Notes: a model not told the origin generated them from the sequence alone. Positions 25,400 through 38,336 are shown, counted from the whole stretch's first letter. The stretch is DNA of 61,643 nt, filler included, from Sphacelaria rigidula (GCA_964200075.2; 9 parts of 9 records of this genome joined end to end with filler, not necessarily neighbours in it), one strand, 5' to 3'. Numbers and translations are program-made.

Positions 25400-27125
25400 A
25401 AATCTTGAACACGCATGGCATAAAATAATGGAACCGATGCAACGAACAGTGCTTCAACGTTTTGTATCTGTCGACAACTGGTTCAGCGGCAGGTCCTCTT
25501 CTGTGTTTTCGGTCGAAGGATTCAAAGAAACCAAACGGCGAATGTGCGTGGGAAGGTTCGGTTGCTAACTACCAGAACTCCTCCATACAGGGGCGCCGTT
25601 TTCCATGAGACAACTGGACAACATCACCATGTCACCAGGGCAGGATTCGGATGTCTTTCTCGTGAAAGTATATCAGCTCCAAGATGAGCGCTTCCACATG
25701 GGCGAAGTTATCTCTGAGGAGAGATTGACTGACATAGTAATCGAAGGTCTAACCAGCGATCATGTTTAGAAGTACAACACTGAATGCGACCCGGACTTCA
25801 GCATCGAGGAAAAAGAAAAAGTAATGCGCAACACGTATGCTAACCGCATGGCGCATAAAATCACTGCTTGAAGATCGCATGCCCGTGGTTCAGCGATGTT
25901 GGTGGCATCACTGCCGAGCTCTTCGAATCAAGCTTGGAAAATTCTCGGATGAATGTTACCCCTGCGACAAATCAAGCCATCGTATGCGCGACTGTAATTC
26001 GAGACGACCGCCCAAAAATGGAAACAGGCCTGTAAATTGGTGCGGTCTTCACAGCACTGATAAGCATGACAATTCCGAGTGTAATAGCCAATGCAACACC
26101 GGCAGCCGCGACAACAACAATAGCAACGACAACAACAACAGCAACAACAACAACGACAGCACCGAACCGACAGTAACAACTTCGACGGACATCAATGCCA
26201 AGCTAATACTGCCATCGCTGATCTAGCTTCTACGACCGTGCCATCGAACAACCATGGTCAACAAATTTGGAAATCTTCAGCTTTAACAGTGACTGATACA
26301 TGTCCACCACCAAACGGCATGGGATTTCCCTTCCTTTTCGGTTTACATGTCACTGACAACCATTGTTCACCCGACCAAATTTGCTTCATGGAGGCCGGTG
26401 ACAGTGGTTCAACAGGGCGCTTTATAGACAATCAGTTGTTGCAACATCGAAAAAAACCTTGTCGAGTATGTGAAGCTTGACCCTCCCATGAGTATCCTAA
26501 CAGCGGGATGCCATCTACTACATGGTACGGGAAGGGGTGTTGTCTCTACCGTCGTCACTTCTGAGGGGAACAAGCGCTCCGTTCAGCTTCCTGCGATAGC
26601 TGTTCTGGGTCTGGGGAAACATCTGTTCTCGCCTGTAGAAGGGCTGATGAAGGGTGTCTCCACCAGTTTTTCTAGTAACTCCCACGTAGATCTTCGAAAC
26701 TTCACTACATCCAGTGGAAGATTTTTCAGAAACCGGGAACCATCAACTACAGCTCGACAACTCGCCACAATTATGTCAGGGGAGCTTGTGGGAATCGGCA
26801 CTGGTCATGTAGCAGAAACAGTTCAACAGTGCTCAATAGTTTTGTCTGCCACGGAGGGCGCAGACATATGACATAAGCGACTCGGTCATCCCACGGGATA
26901 GGTCATGCGCCGTTTACTGAATATTCCCGAATCAAGTGTAAATTTTCATAGTCCGCTGTCACCAAGTAAAACCTGCAAAACTACGAAGGGCGTACAGCAG
27001 AATCATCCCAATATTTCGGAGCAACTGCAACTGGTCAGCACTGTCTCGTCAGGATCTATTTCGCCTGCTGCACTGCGGGGCTATCGTTATATGGCGACGT
27101 TTACGGATCACTGCACGAGATTGAA
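25400..27125 (+). mobile_element. Ty1/copia LTR retrotransposon 5' remnant (gag-protease-integrase)
   Basis: Gag-like segment (MSPGQDSDVFL...ISEERLTDIVIEGL), zinc knuckle CYPCDKSSHRMRDC, protease-like DSGSTGRFI, GAG-pre-integrase (I*HKRLGHP), and integrase start (GYRYMATFTDHCTR). Integrase directly after protease is the copia order. Confidence 0.88.
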
Positions 27126-27581
27126 CCCTTCTGGGGCAGAGCTTCCAGAACTACTAATGAGGCTGGTTATGGATGACATGTCTGGCGTCTGCACGAAACA
27201 GTGGGTTCATGTTGCTGAAAACCTACGTATGAGTCATCCTACGATAGGGAGGGGGGTATTTTGGGCCATTTGTTGCTCCAAATTTCGAGTCAGATCGTCG
27301 TCGAAAGCAGCAACGGTTGCTCGAACAAGAATGTAATGGATATANNNNNNNNNNNNNNNNNNNNNNNNNNNNNNNNNNNNNNNNNNNNTTAATTAATTAA
27401 NNNNNNNNNNNNNNNNNNNNNNNNNNNNNNNNNNNNNNNNNNNNTAGTCGCTCTCCACTGTGGAGCATGGTGTGAGAAAAGATTCCAGATCGCTCCGGGA
27501 ATCGAACACTCTGAATGTCACAAATCCAGCGTTTAAATGTGTATTATTGTACGAATGTTGAGTGTAAAAAACCCTATCAAC

Positions 27582-27652
27582 CGGTCGCCCCGGTGGCTAA
27601 GTTGGAAACCTCGAAAACTTCTGACGGTTGGGTCGTGAGTTTGAATCTCAGA
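27582..27652 (+). mobile_element. tRNA-derived SINE-like head
   Basis: A-box-like TGGCTAAGTTGG and B-box-like GAGTTTGAATC at tRNA-like spacing; no intact acceptor stem. Confidence 0.5.
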
Positions 27653-30600
27653 GGATTCTAGGATTTTCATCACACAATATCTAACAGTGGAGAACGACTA
27701 TGCCATGGGTACACAAATTCGACTTAAGGGCGGACGAGGGAAAGAGAATGCTGAACCCCTCTCGCGATAAAAAAAAAGCAAAGCACCGCAGAAGGAAGGT
27801 GGATAACTAGAACAAATAAAGAACACCTCATCTGTTGGCCTTCCTCCTGTGCGACCCCGGCTGGTGCGTCCACATACACCGAAAGGTGTAGACCGGCGCC
27901 CAGAAAAGATGGGATGACAACACACACAGCAGAGGATATTTCGATGCCTTTCCCGGCCGGTGTTGAAGTTGGGAAACGTGCTCTCTATGAACGACACGGA
28001 ATGAGTCATGTCATGAAAATCGTGACAGAGTAACACAAGAGCTTGCGCCGTGCCCCCACGAATTACTGCCTGAACGCTTCACGTAGGCTTTTGATTTGGC
28101 GTCGTGCTGAAACAATCAACCATTATCACCGCACCACGCGTGCGTGTATTCAGTCTAGTGTCCACTCGCTTCAGACGGTGCCCTCGAAACACTCTCCAAT
28201 GCAAAGCAACACCACCCGAAGGATGGGCGCAAGTCAGAAATAGCAAACACAACCACCTGTTCAATGTCTTCTCATAACGAAAGACCCCCCCCCACCACCA
28301 CCTCCGCCAAACAAAAATAAACAACCCTTCTTGTTAGCCCGCGTCTCGAGGGCATGAAAATAATATGAAAAACATTTGAAGAACTGCCTTTGGTTACGAT
28401 TCCGCGCCGATTTCTTCCCGACGAGGGGCCGTGGTGAACTGTGCTGCCCGGGGAAGACTTACTGTATATTCACTGTATTATTGTATTATCCGACACGATT
28501 CCAGCATACGGTTTTCATCCTTCATCCTTCGTACAAATCCTACACACAGATTTGTCTTTCGGCAGAACTAACGATTTCTCACACCGTGCTATCCCGGAAA
28601 TTATTCCGAGTTCTGCATACTAAACCTAAGAAAATCTAAGAAAACGCTTTTTTTTGGTTTGAATGATGAATCGTGAGAGCTAATCCGGCCAACAGCCAAC
28701 GGTCAACAGTCAGACCTCTGTTGATAGACTGGGTGCACGAGGGATCGAGAGCGTGCGCTGGAATCCTGTCAGGAGAATACAGCAAGCCTTGCAGACGTGA
28801 CACGAGTTTCGGGTAAAACTCGGCGCCGAATCAGTGAGATGGGTATTTTTTCTATCAATATTTGTCAAAGGTACCAATAAGCACCTTTAAAGCTTCTCGG
28901 AAAAAAAACAAGCACTCTGAATCTTCATTACGTACCTACATGCACGTTATGCACGTTATAGAGCTAATGCACCTACAGGGCGACTGCTGTAGCTATGCTA
29001 CACAATATGAAATAGGTACCGAAGACACCGTCTAATCATCACGACCGACAAATAAAATCCGCGTAGAAACTACATGCTCCGTACGCAGAGACGAGACTCA
29101 TACGTAAATAGAGATTCCCAAACTGGTGCTTGACGTATCCTGTATTACCCAACCGACGAGATAAAAGGGAGTTAACGTATCCTATATTTACCTGCCAATG
29201 CCAAGCATGGGAATAAATGCACGCTATACTACCTACTTACCGTATCACAACGTCTCAAGACTACACACTCTCGTAAACCTCCAACGTACCGACAGCTATG
29301 TACGGGAAAAGGATTCAACACAGCGGCTGCTAGCACGACAGGTCAACATGGCGTCCAGATACTGTGCAGCTGTGCGCGGTCAGATTGCGAGAAGGCTGCA
29401 GGTCTCGGACCCTGCTGTAACAGACGACAACTCTTCAAAAAAAAAGAGGCAACATAAATAACAACAATATCGTCGACCCAAACGTTTATTCTCTAGTTTT
29501 CCTCACCAGACGTTGACGTTACTTTGCTAAAAAAAATGCGAAAAAGCACACACACACACACACACACACACACAAGTGCTTCTGCTCAAGTGCACCCCCT
29601 CCCTTCCCCGTTCCCAAGTGCTCGAACCAAATACATCACCCTTTACGCACCATTTTCATTTTTCATGGACATTTCTGCGTCGATGGCACAGTGATTTGCA
29701 CAATACATTTCAGATACACAAACAAAAGAACGCCTCGATGTAAGCACGATGCTGAAGCGGCAAACGCAGCTGCGCCTCCGAACAGACTGTGTTCGTGGTG
29801 AGAGGCTCTAAGCTGCAATGCGAATAAAAATACACGCCACTTTATGGAGACAACCCATACTCCATGGTCCGTTCCTATAGAACAAGCCTGCGGCAGTTGT
29901 GGCTATTGTGGGGACAACGTGAGCAGTGAGCGGCAGTGAACATTTCATTCCAGTGTCACCCGTCAAACGCCGGAGTCGCCGGAGTTTGATCATGATATCA
30001 TAATACATCAACGTAGGGCAAAGTACATACACAGTGACCCGACACACCTATAATACTAAAATACATGGCTCTCGCGGGACCAAGCAGGGTACTGGTAGTG
30101 GTACTACCGCAAAGGAGCCCGAGGGGACACTTCCATGAACAGACAGTGCTACGGCACCTACAATATACAGCGGCTACAGGGCGACCCCCTATACACATTG
30201 CACGTTACGACAACGCGTTTCTGCTTGGCACAGCGATATGCAAAGTGACAAGATACCTGGTGACACCGATACCTGGTGACACCGATAGCGGGGAAATCTT
30301 CTCAATACCAAAGGCAACGGCAACGACATTTGACTGCGCAAACATGAGCACAATGAGCACAATGTTGACGATATTGGTTGCCACAAGAGAGATGTGCACA
30401 TTAACGGTTCGCTGGTGCACCGTCAACATGCAAACTGTATCACATCGCCGCGTGAAAAGACTCTCAATGCATCAACTTGCAATGCAAGCATCAGAAACAC
30501 TCCCCAGGTACCCACTTACTTCTACCATCATGTTCGCCCTGCATGCAACAACAGCGACAACAGCAACAACAGCTTGTGGGAATCATAACACATACCACGC

Positions 30601-30932
30601 AAGTACAAATCACACACGCTCGCACACATTCACGCACCTTGAAAATACGGCGGACCTCAAGTTTTGAACTTGTGCCCTACAACTCTTTCGAGAATCAGGG
30701 AGTGCAGGCTTTTTCAAGGGCGATATCTCTCGACAGAAGCGACGCTACTGACCGCATGCGTGTCAGAAGGAAGTTCTTCAACAGGTCAGTCAGTAGCCCC
30801 GTAGTTGGCAAAAACAATCAACAGGTCACTCACAGACACGTTCGCACCCCGCACCCCGCACCCCGCTTCGGTTGCGGTAGCTAGCCTCAACAGATGCAGC
30901 GCAAGGCCGCGAGGCGAGGCTGTCCCGCTTAC

Positions 30933-30973
30933 CTCAACGAGCCCCACTTGATATCCGAACGCATGTGAAGTTC
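30933..30973 (-). CDS. Hypothetical protein, small exon
   Basis: tttcag|GAACTTCA...GTTGAG|gtaagc, encoding (G)TSHAFGYQVGLVE; phase-compatible with the upstream exon. Confidence 0.4.
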
Positions 30974-31627
30974 CTGAAATGACTCACAACTCTATGAAGA
31001 CAAGTAATATATAACGCTTAGGAGTACAGTCCACAACTTTTGGGAAAATAAAACCGAGCGACGAAACGTGCTGCGTGTCGCGTCCAGCTCACAACATTTA
31101 CCCCATTGTCCGTGGGGGACATAATCAATACATATCTTCCTCAATCAATACTCCTATGAATACGGCCTCATGTGCGAGATACATCATAAGCTTCACTTGC
31201 TGCTCTTCGCCTATAGCGCTTATTTTCTCCGAAGGAAATTCTGTGTAAATGATGGACGATCCCATCCTGGGATAGGGTCACCGGGGCCGAGCCGGCTGTA
31301 TTTCAGGCTCATATTTTTCGCCTGTCGAATGTCGAATACATTTATCGGCGGAATCGCATCAGCGTTCACGATTCATTCACCACCGTCACTACAGAAGCGC
31401 GATCACCCCTCAAGCGCGGCCGCGCCAAATCCAGCTACTGAGCTGCTTACCAGCGGCGGTTGGACTGCCAGGACTGTGTTGCCTCATCTCTACACCCGCG
31501 CCATTCAAATTCACGTCCCTTGAGGCAGTATCATGTTCTTGCCAGAACCCGCTTGGAATTCTCCTGGTGGAAAAAAGGCTAGGTTGTGCCTGCCACACCC
31601 ACTCCCGTTTCTCGCAGTGCTGCTCAC

Positions 31628-31806
31628 CGCTTGTGTCCATGTTGACTGTCGCGTCAAGCCAGGATCGCTTGAAACGTTCGACGTCCTTGGTGGAGTAGAA
31701 GGCGGCGCGTTTGGTCTCAAGGTTGCCGTAGCGCTGCTCCCTCGTTTCGATCAGTACGGCCTGGATTGTGAAACGGTCGAGGATTTCCAGCCAAGGCAAA
31801 TCGACA
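31628..31806 (-). CDS. Hypothetical protein exon (acceptor at 31806 or 31760)
   Basis: Open frame ...QAVLIETREQRYGNLETKRAAFYSTKDVERFKRSWLDATVNMDTS(G) ending at a GTGAGC donor; its phase matches the 41-nt exon at 30933-30973. Confidence 0.5.
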
Positions 31807-31987
31807 CTACAGGGTCAACAACATGCGTTTCCTTGTGGTCTTAATGGACACAAGGCGGGTCCCACATCCCACATTAGGCAATCTCAAACTATTCAACACC
31901 ATTCCACTGATGTTATCAAAATTGCAATACAGGAAAGCATATTGCCATGAGTACATATGCACGGTCGACCTTACAGAACTATCAAGT

Positions 31988-32009
31988 GGGTTAGGGTTAG
32001 GGTTAGGGT
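31988..32009 (+). repeat. Short interstitial telomere-type (TTAGGG)n tract
   Basis: GGGTTAGGGTTAGGGTTAGGGT read directly. Confidence 0.8.
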
Positions 32010-34964
32010 CTGCGCCCGACGCTTGCTTAAAACACAAACTCCACAGTGCGACGTTTCGAAAAATATATTTAGACTGCTCGCGCTTTATTGTCTCATGTGT
32101 AGAATGTTCGCCATGGTGTTTCCATGGGCAAATGTCTTGCGCAATACGCAACTCTAATAGATACGTCTTCCCTACAGTGAGCACAGTACAACTTGGGTTC
32201 ATGCCATGTTCATGCCTTGTCAGCCAAACGAAACACGGCATGCCCTTGCGAATCTAGGCGGAGATCGCGGCTGCGGTGGTTGGTCGTCATTGATCGACTC
32301 AAAATTCACTGTGCCTGCGAGGCCTCCTCTCAGAACAATAGGTTTGTGAAAGTCCCGTGCGTGAACAGGGTGCGGTGGGGTCGATTTGTGGGCAGTTTGC
32401 AAACTATTGACTCAAGACAAGAACGTGCAGTTTGCAAAATGGGGTCACGAGCAGATATCGGCTGGCCTCAACCTTTTGACCGTGAGCGATATGTTGAGAA
32501 TCGGCATCACTGAAAGGATGCAGGTTGAACCCAAAGCCCTGGATTTGGTTGACATTGACAAAAGAGACAAATTGTTAACCCTTTGACTGCGGTGCGGGTA
32601 GTCCATCTGGACCATGAATACTTTTTTCAAGTGAATTTTGATGCCGATTCAGCAGGTGACCTACCCTCGCGGTCAAAGTGTTCCAAGTCCACGTATCTCA
32701 TTGCTGAGCTGTCGGGGCACTACGGAGTGGAAAGCCGTATTGTGCTTGTAGCGGAATAAATAGCAACAAGAATAAAAAACTGAGCATACATTTCAACGTT
32801 TTGCATAAATGATGAATGATAAATGATCGAAATTGGTACGATCGATCGTAAAATTGACACACACGAGCGAACTGGCCAACAACAAAATCTGTTGTTAGTG
32901 AACACTTAGTTTCAGTGTGGACTGCCACATTGCAATTTTTTCGGGGCTGACCTTCCCTCATGCGCGCGCAACGTGCACACGCGGATATTTGGAGTGTGGA
33001 AGTTGCGGGCGTCATTCTCGATATTTGATTTTCATCTCCTTGGATGCTGAATCGCACGAGGAAACAACCTTATCTTGGAATACACATGTACAATAGTACT
33101 GGAAGTGCAGCAGTCCATCTCTATGGTTGAGCGGGCGGGTTGAACTTCTGGGGGCGTCTGTGACAGGATAGAACATGCCGCACCACCTGTCGAACGGTTC
33201 GTCCGCAGAACGACTTGCGGAGCCTAGGCGCACACTGTACCATACCATACCGCACGCGGTTGTGGCAAGTGCTTACGTATTACCGCTCGTCGTGGTGCCC
33301 ACCCACCCACCCACTATATTTGACCCCTAGATGGCGAGAGTAGGTCATGTATTGAATGAGCTTCTATGGCATTCGAAAACATCATGCATGATCCACGTGG
33401 ACTGCCATCGCGGTCTAAGGTTCAACCCTTTGAAACGGGGGTAGACTAACGGAGGGTAACGGGCCATTGTGAACCGGCATCATTTTCACTTGACAGCCGA
33501 AAACTATGCCATTGCACAAATGGACCCTGCGTGCAGACTACAGTAGCTTCTCACCCCTGGTTAGGTGGTTAGACGGTGTCTTGAGGCATGTCTTGGCACT
33601 TTGGTTTTCGATCGAGAATGTGAGGTGGAAATGGAAAACTCCCATCTGATAGGTCGCGATTTCAACTATCGCCGTTTATTTCGAAAGTGGTTGAAATCAC
33701 GACCTATTAGATCGGAGTGTTTGTTTTCCAGTGCACTTCATCAATCCCAAAATGGTGCGCTAAGACACGGCCTTACCTTAGCACTTTGAACATTCTTTTT
33801 CGAGGTATGTGCTCATAAGGCCGTGTCCTATTGCAGTGAGAGTCCGGACCCAGAGGGAATAACCTCGTGGTACACTGAATGCAGGATTGTGCCCTGGACT
33901 GCAGCATGACACGGGTAATGCGTGACGCCGGTCGACGGGCCCAGACCTCCTGTTTACATGTAGGCCTTGTTGTGTCTTTCGTTAGAGCCATTCCGGACAC
34001 CAAAAATAGTAAAGCAGACAACAAGCCACTTGCCCAACCAGGCGCCACAAGGATCGCGGCTTTCACCAAAATCAGCCAAATTGGGAAAGAAAAACAAGGG
34101 ACTAGATGGGTGAAAGCTCAAAACGTGAATAACCAGCCGATAGCATTAAAATATTGCAAGGGTCGGACAAATAATGATTCGTCTGGAAATTACTTGGTTT
34201 TAGTNNNNNNNNNNNNNNNNNNNNNNNNNNNNNNNNNNNNNNNNNNNNTTAATTAATTAANNNNNNNNNNNNNNNNNNNNNNNNNNNNNNNNNNNNNNNN
34301 NNNNTTCACTGATTGACCGCTTTTCACTCTCAATCGTATCATCTACTCTCAATCTCACGAAAACACTGTTTTAGGACCCTCAACTTTTAGTCATCGGAAT
34401 CAATTCCTAGTTGTTAATAGCTACCGGCATATGAAGGAATGGAACCATGCTTCGAAGAACTGGCGTGGAAGTGAAGATTTTGAATTTCCCAGGTCATCAT
34501 CCCCAGTGAAAAGCTCCATCCTCAAGTTCGATGATCGGTTGTTATATACGCTTTCTGTAGCAGGAGCCCCTGATATCCCTGAGTAGGATATCGACGTATA
34601 GCTAGCTGTAACGGTACGACAGTGGTACAGGCAAAAAAAAGCATCCACAAAACAAAAAAATAGGTGAAGCGAATAATAAAACTGACTCTCAATCAACGCA
34701 AGACTCTCTCGATCTCACGAAAACATTGTTTCTTGACAGCAGGTTCGAAGATGGCCATGTGGCAGGTTGCCCTGTGCACTTGAGAAGCTTTGTGCAGTTC
34801 CACATCGGTATTCCTGTAGGTAAGCCCGATAGCGGCAGTGTTTGGTTGTTCCCGCGTTCCGTTAGATTTACCGATTCCTTCAGGTCACGGGACGCAGCAA
34901 GTGTCTGGAGACGCGACATCCTTGCAACTATTTGCTCCACTTCTCGCGACGTTTTCAAAAGTTG

Positions 34965-35246
34965 CACACCCCGTACAACTACAACAAACAACTAACTGAG
35001 TTGTTTGTTGCCAACTACCGGCTAGTTGTTTGGAAACAACTAGTCGCACACGATTCTGAGAGATGATTCGTTTGGAAACAACTAGTTGCACACGATTCGG
35101 AGAGATGAGCTGTTTGGAAATAACTAGTTGCACTCGATTTTGAGACATGATTCGTTTGGAAACAACTAGTTGCACACGATTCGGAGAGATGAGTTGTTTG
35201 GACACAACTAGTTGCACACGATTCTCAACTCTTTGTACAGGGTGTG
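34965..35246. mobile_element. CAC-ended TIR element containing five 42-bp tandem repeats
   Basis: TIR CACACCCCGTACAA versus reverse complement CACACCCTGTACAA. The internal unit GTTGTTTGGAAACAACTAGTTGCACACGATTCGGAGAGATGA occurs five times. Confidence 0.7.
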
Positions 35247-35489
35247 AAAGCTTTCCTTCAGATTAAAGCGAAGACGCACGAGAGGACAAGCGCTACAACG
35301 GCTACAAGCACAAAGCACTGTGTTTTTTGTTTTCCAAACATGACGGATTGGATTATGACTTAGTATATGGATCGTGCCTCAACAAGCGCTTGTGCTTACT
35401 ATACACCACCTGAACCGTGAAAAAGCATACGAGGAAGAACACCGACAAACCACACATCAAGAACCGGCCTGTCAGTAGGATTTTTGAGA

Positions 35490-35712
35490 GATGAATTGTT
35501 TAAAAACAAATTGTTGCACGCGAGACTGAGGGGTGCGGGGTGATTAGTTTGGAAACAGTTAGTTGCTCACGATTTCGAACAATGAGAAGCTTGGGAACAA
35601 CTACTTGCACGTGATTCGGAGAGATGAGTTGTTTGGAAACAACTAGTTGCACACGATTTTGAACCCCTTGTTTGAGAAGCAACTACCAACTAATGTTGTT
35701 TAACAGGGTGTG
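35490..35712. mobile_element. Second, partial copy of the 42-bp-repeat element
   Basis: About four diverged 42-bp units followed by the same ACAGGGTGTG terminus. Confidence 0.65.
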
Positions 35713-36689
35713 AAAAGTTGGGAGATCAAACTTCACACGCGTGTTTTTGAAGGCGTGGTCGACGGTGAACGATCAAGTTTCGCTCGGTTCCGGTTCATTC
35801 GGGTCCCCTTCCTCAGAAAACGGCCCTGGGGACCCTGAGAGGCCCGTGAAACCGAGCGGAACCACGCGCGCGTGCGCGTGTGTGAAAGTCCGTCTCCCAA
35901 CTCTTACGAACTGTGGGAGAAATTGGTGCTGATTACATATCTGAATTCCTCGGACCCGTCTGAGTTCAGCCCACGATGCAACCGTGCAATCCCAAACCCA
36001 CAAGGTACATCCACGAGAGGGACCGAGTAGCCAAGGCATGAGCAAGTAGAACAAATCGTTCATTGGGTATAATTGAATTCGAGCAGCTTTGATCTGTGCA
36101 TAGGGAAGCTGGAATGAAAACAGGTCGCGCGAAGATATGAGTTACCATTACGTTGGCTTCACCGGAAGATAACGAGGGCATCATGTCCGCTGTATCGACA
36201 GAGTTTTTTTTCGCTAAACGACTTCAAATTCATACTCCGGAGTATGCAAAGAAAAATCCAGTGTCGTTTTTTCGCGTAAAGGAACACTCACCGCAGTTTC
36301 GATACTTCTCATGACTAAATCGGGAATGCCACCCGCTACTTTCTCTCTCTAGTGGTCCACCCTATCTCGAGATCAACCTTCAAACAATCGCCGTACTCAA
36401 CCAAGCAGTCACGCCCCACGCAGTCATCTTCACGCTACTTGATATACGCTGAATTTCTTTCGGCGTTGGGAATATTATAGTACAGTTACTCTCCCCCCCC
36501 CCTCCTCCACTCCCAAACACTAGTGCTTCAAAAACACAGACGATAACAGGGTCGAGCAACGTACCACGAGAGCCATTCCAAGTGAAAATTGGCTCAAACA
36601 ATTATACAAAATTCAGGGAATCGGTTTAGTAAAACAGTTTTGGGTGCCTCCTAACGGGTAACTTAGAAGCCGTAGTGTACAACGCAGTG

Positions 36690-37094
36690 TTACCGCATGC
36701 CACCACCCATTCCCGTCCCGCTCGCCGCACCGCCTGACCCTAGGCCGCCGGGCATTGCCATGCCTGCTGCGCTGTTTCCCGGAAACGTTCCCCCAGTTCC
36801 CGCTGCGCCACCAGCCATAGTGACGCCGGCACCGTGCGGAGCCATACCTGTCCTGTCTCGATAGTTGACTGCCTGCTGTTGTCCGGAACCCGTGACCCCC
36901 AAGACGTTTTGCCCCATCATCGATCTGACTTGGCTCCCTGGTGGCGGATTTACGTTCCACCCGCCTGCAACTGATCGCTGCTGTTGCATTTGATGTTGCC
37001 ATGGTTGTTGGGCCATACTCAGCGAGGATTGCTGACCCACCACCCCTCGTGGAGTCCACCCCGCCGCCTGTTGAGGCGTCCAGCCGCCGGTGCC
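36690..37094 (-). CDS. ArfGAP, Gly/Met/Gln-rich C-terminal exon
   Basis: catcag|GGCACC... open to TAA at 36690-36692; the G/M/Q-rich tail is typical of SMAP-like proteins. A donor just before the stop cannot be excluded. Confidence 0.7.
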   Translation of the reverse strand, partial: GTGGWTPQQAAGWTPRGVVGQQSSLSMAQQPWQHQMQQQRSVAGGWNVNPPPGSQVRSMMGQNVLGVTGSGQQQAVNYRDRTGMAPHGAGVTMAGGAAGTGGTFPGNSAAGMAMPGGLGSGGAASGTGMGGGMR

Positions 37095-37326
37095 CTGATG
37101 AAAATGACCGTCAACCAAAACGAATAAAACGCGGGTTCGATTCAAAGCAAGCACATTATTAACCGGAGGGGGTGAAGAGCACAGCGCAGGCGTCGGTAAC
37201 GTCCTGGACCATTTCACACGACTTTCCGTAGGGAGGTTTTGACGCAACGCCTCGCCCATCCACGCAGTAGCAAGCGAAAAAAACGTTGCACGCTCAATCA
37301 CCAACGACGAATTCGGCAACACCCAC

Positions 37327-37533
37327 CTGCATCCCAGCATTCCCCTGCTGTATCATACCAGCACCATAAAAGGCCGGGGTCACGCCGCCAACGTTCAGGG
37401 AGGACATCATTTGCGACACCTGGTTGAGCTCCGGAGTTTTCATGACCCCCGACACAGGTGGTGAGCCTCCACTGGGCTTGCGGCCTCCCGCAGCTCCACT
37501 GTTGTACATGGACAGGATGTCGGCAGCTGAGGC
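37327..37533 (-). CDS. ArfGAP exon
   Basis: 207-nt phase-0 exon beginning ASAADILSMYNS, resembling the SMAP-like 'SILSLY' motif. Confidence 0.8.
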
Positions 37534-37783
37534 CTGCGTAATTCACGGGGGGTGAAAACAGGAGGTGTTGTTTCAGCGATGAACAAGATTGGGAGGTCCG
37601 CCACGCGGAAAATGGGGATCGAAAACAAACAGTTCGATCCAAAACTCCTGCAGTCAGCCTTTGGTAGTATAATACTCGGTGCAGGTTTTGCCCCGACCAC
37701 TTTTCGACAGGCACGAAAAATTCTCTCCACTATGAGAACTAGGGCGTTTTTTCAAGTACATCGCGAAAGCTTATTCTGCTGAC

Positions 37784-38336
37784 CTTTCCACTTCCAGGGG
37801 CTGTCACGGTGGGCGCCTCCTGCTGTTGTGACGTCTGGGCCTGCGTCCCGACCACCGGAATCTGCTGCTGCTGCGCTTGAGCCGGTACCGCAGGGGGTGC
37901 CACCCCGCTTCCCCCCGTACCGTGCCATGACGCGGCAGTCACCGGCACGGGCGCAGCAGTCCCCGCCTCCTTCGGAACGGATACGTCCTGCTCAAACGCT
38001 GACGGCGCGGATTGGAAATCCTGGAAATCGGCCATATGATCGGCGACTGGGGGCGCCGATGATGCCCGGGATGCCGGAGGTGACGCCTGGGGCGGGTCTG
38101 GCTCGGCGGAGAAGTCGAGAAGGTCTACGGGTGGCGCTATGGCTGATGCGGGGGCCGCCACAGTTTTCTTCGCCGTCTTCGTTCCATTCGTCGCGCCAGC
38201 TTTTTGAAGAGGTGCTACGGCCCTGGTGGTGCTTCCGCTACTGTTCTTTGACGTTTTTTCCTTCGATGTCCTATCCTTATTGCTCTTTCTCACCGGCTTG
38301 GCAGAGTCTCCACTTCCTTCTGTTGCCGAGGTCTTT
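37784..38336 (-). CDS. ArfGAP exon (low-complexity region with DLLDF motif)
   Basis: 553-nt exon (phase 2 to phase 0) with VDLLDF and DFQDFQSA clathrin/adaptor-type motifs typical of SMAP-like proteins. Confidence 0.85.

Noticed and set aside
27582..27652. Functional tRNA gene
   Set aside because: A- and B-box-like motifs are present, but acceptor and anticodon stems cannot be folded; better explained as a SINE head.
33778..33950. Additional upstream exon of the contig-5 hypothetical gene
   Set aside because: A good GTAAGG donor exists, but the acceptor is ambiguous and the peptide has no recognisable similarity.
35025..35665. CRISPR-like 42-bp periodic array and its repetitive ORFs (VQLVVSKQLISPNR)n
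   Set aside because: Whole units repeat with no unique spacers; the ORFs are by-products of a period divisible by three.
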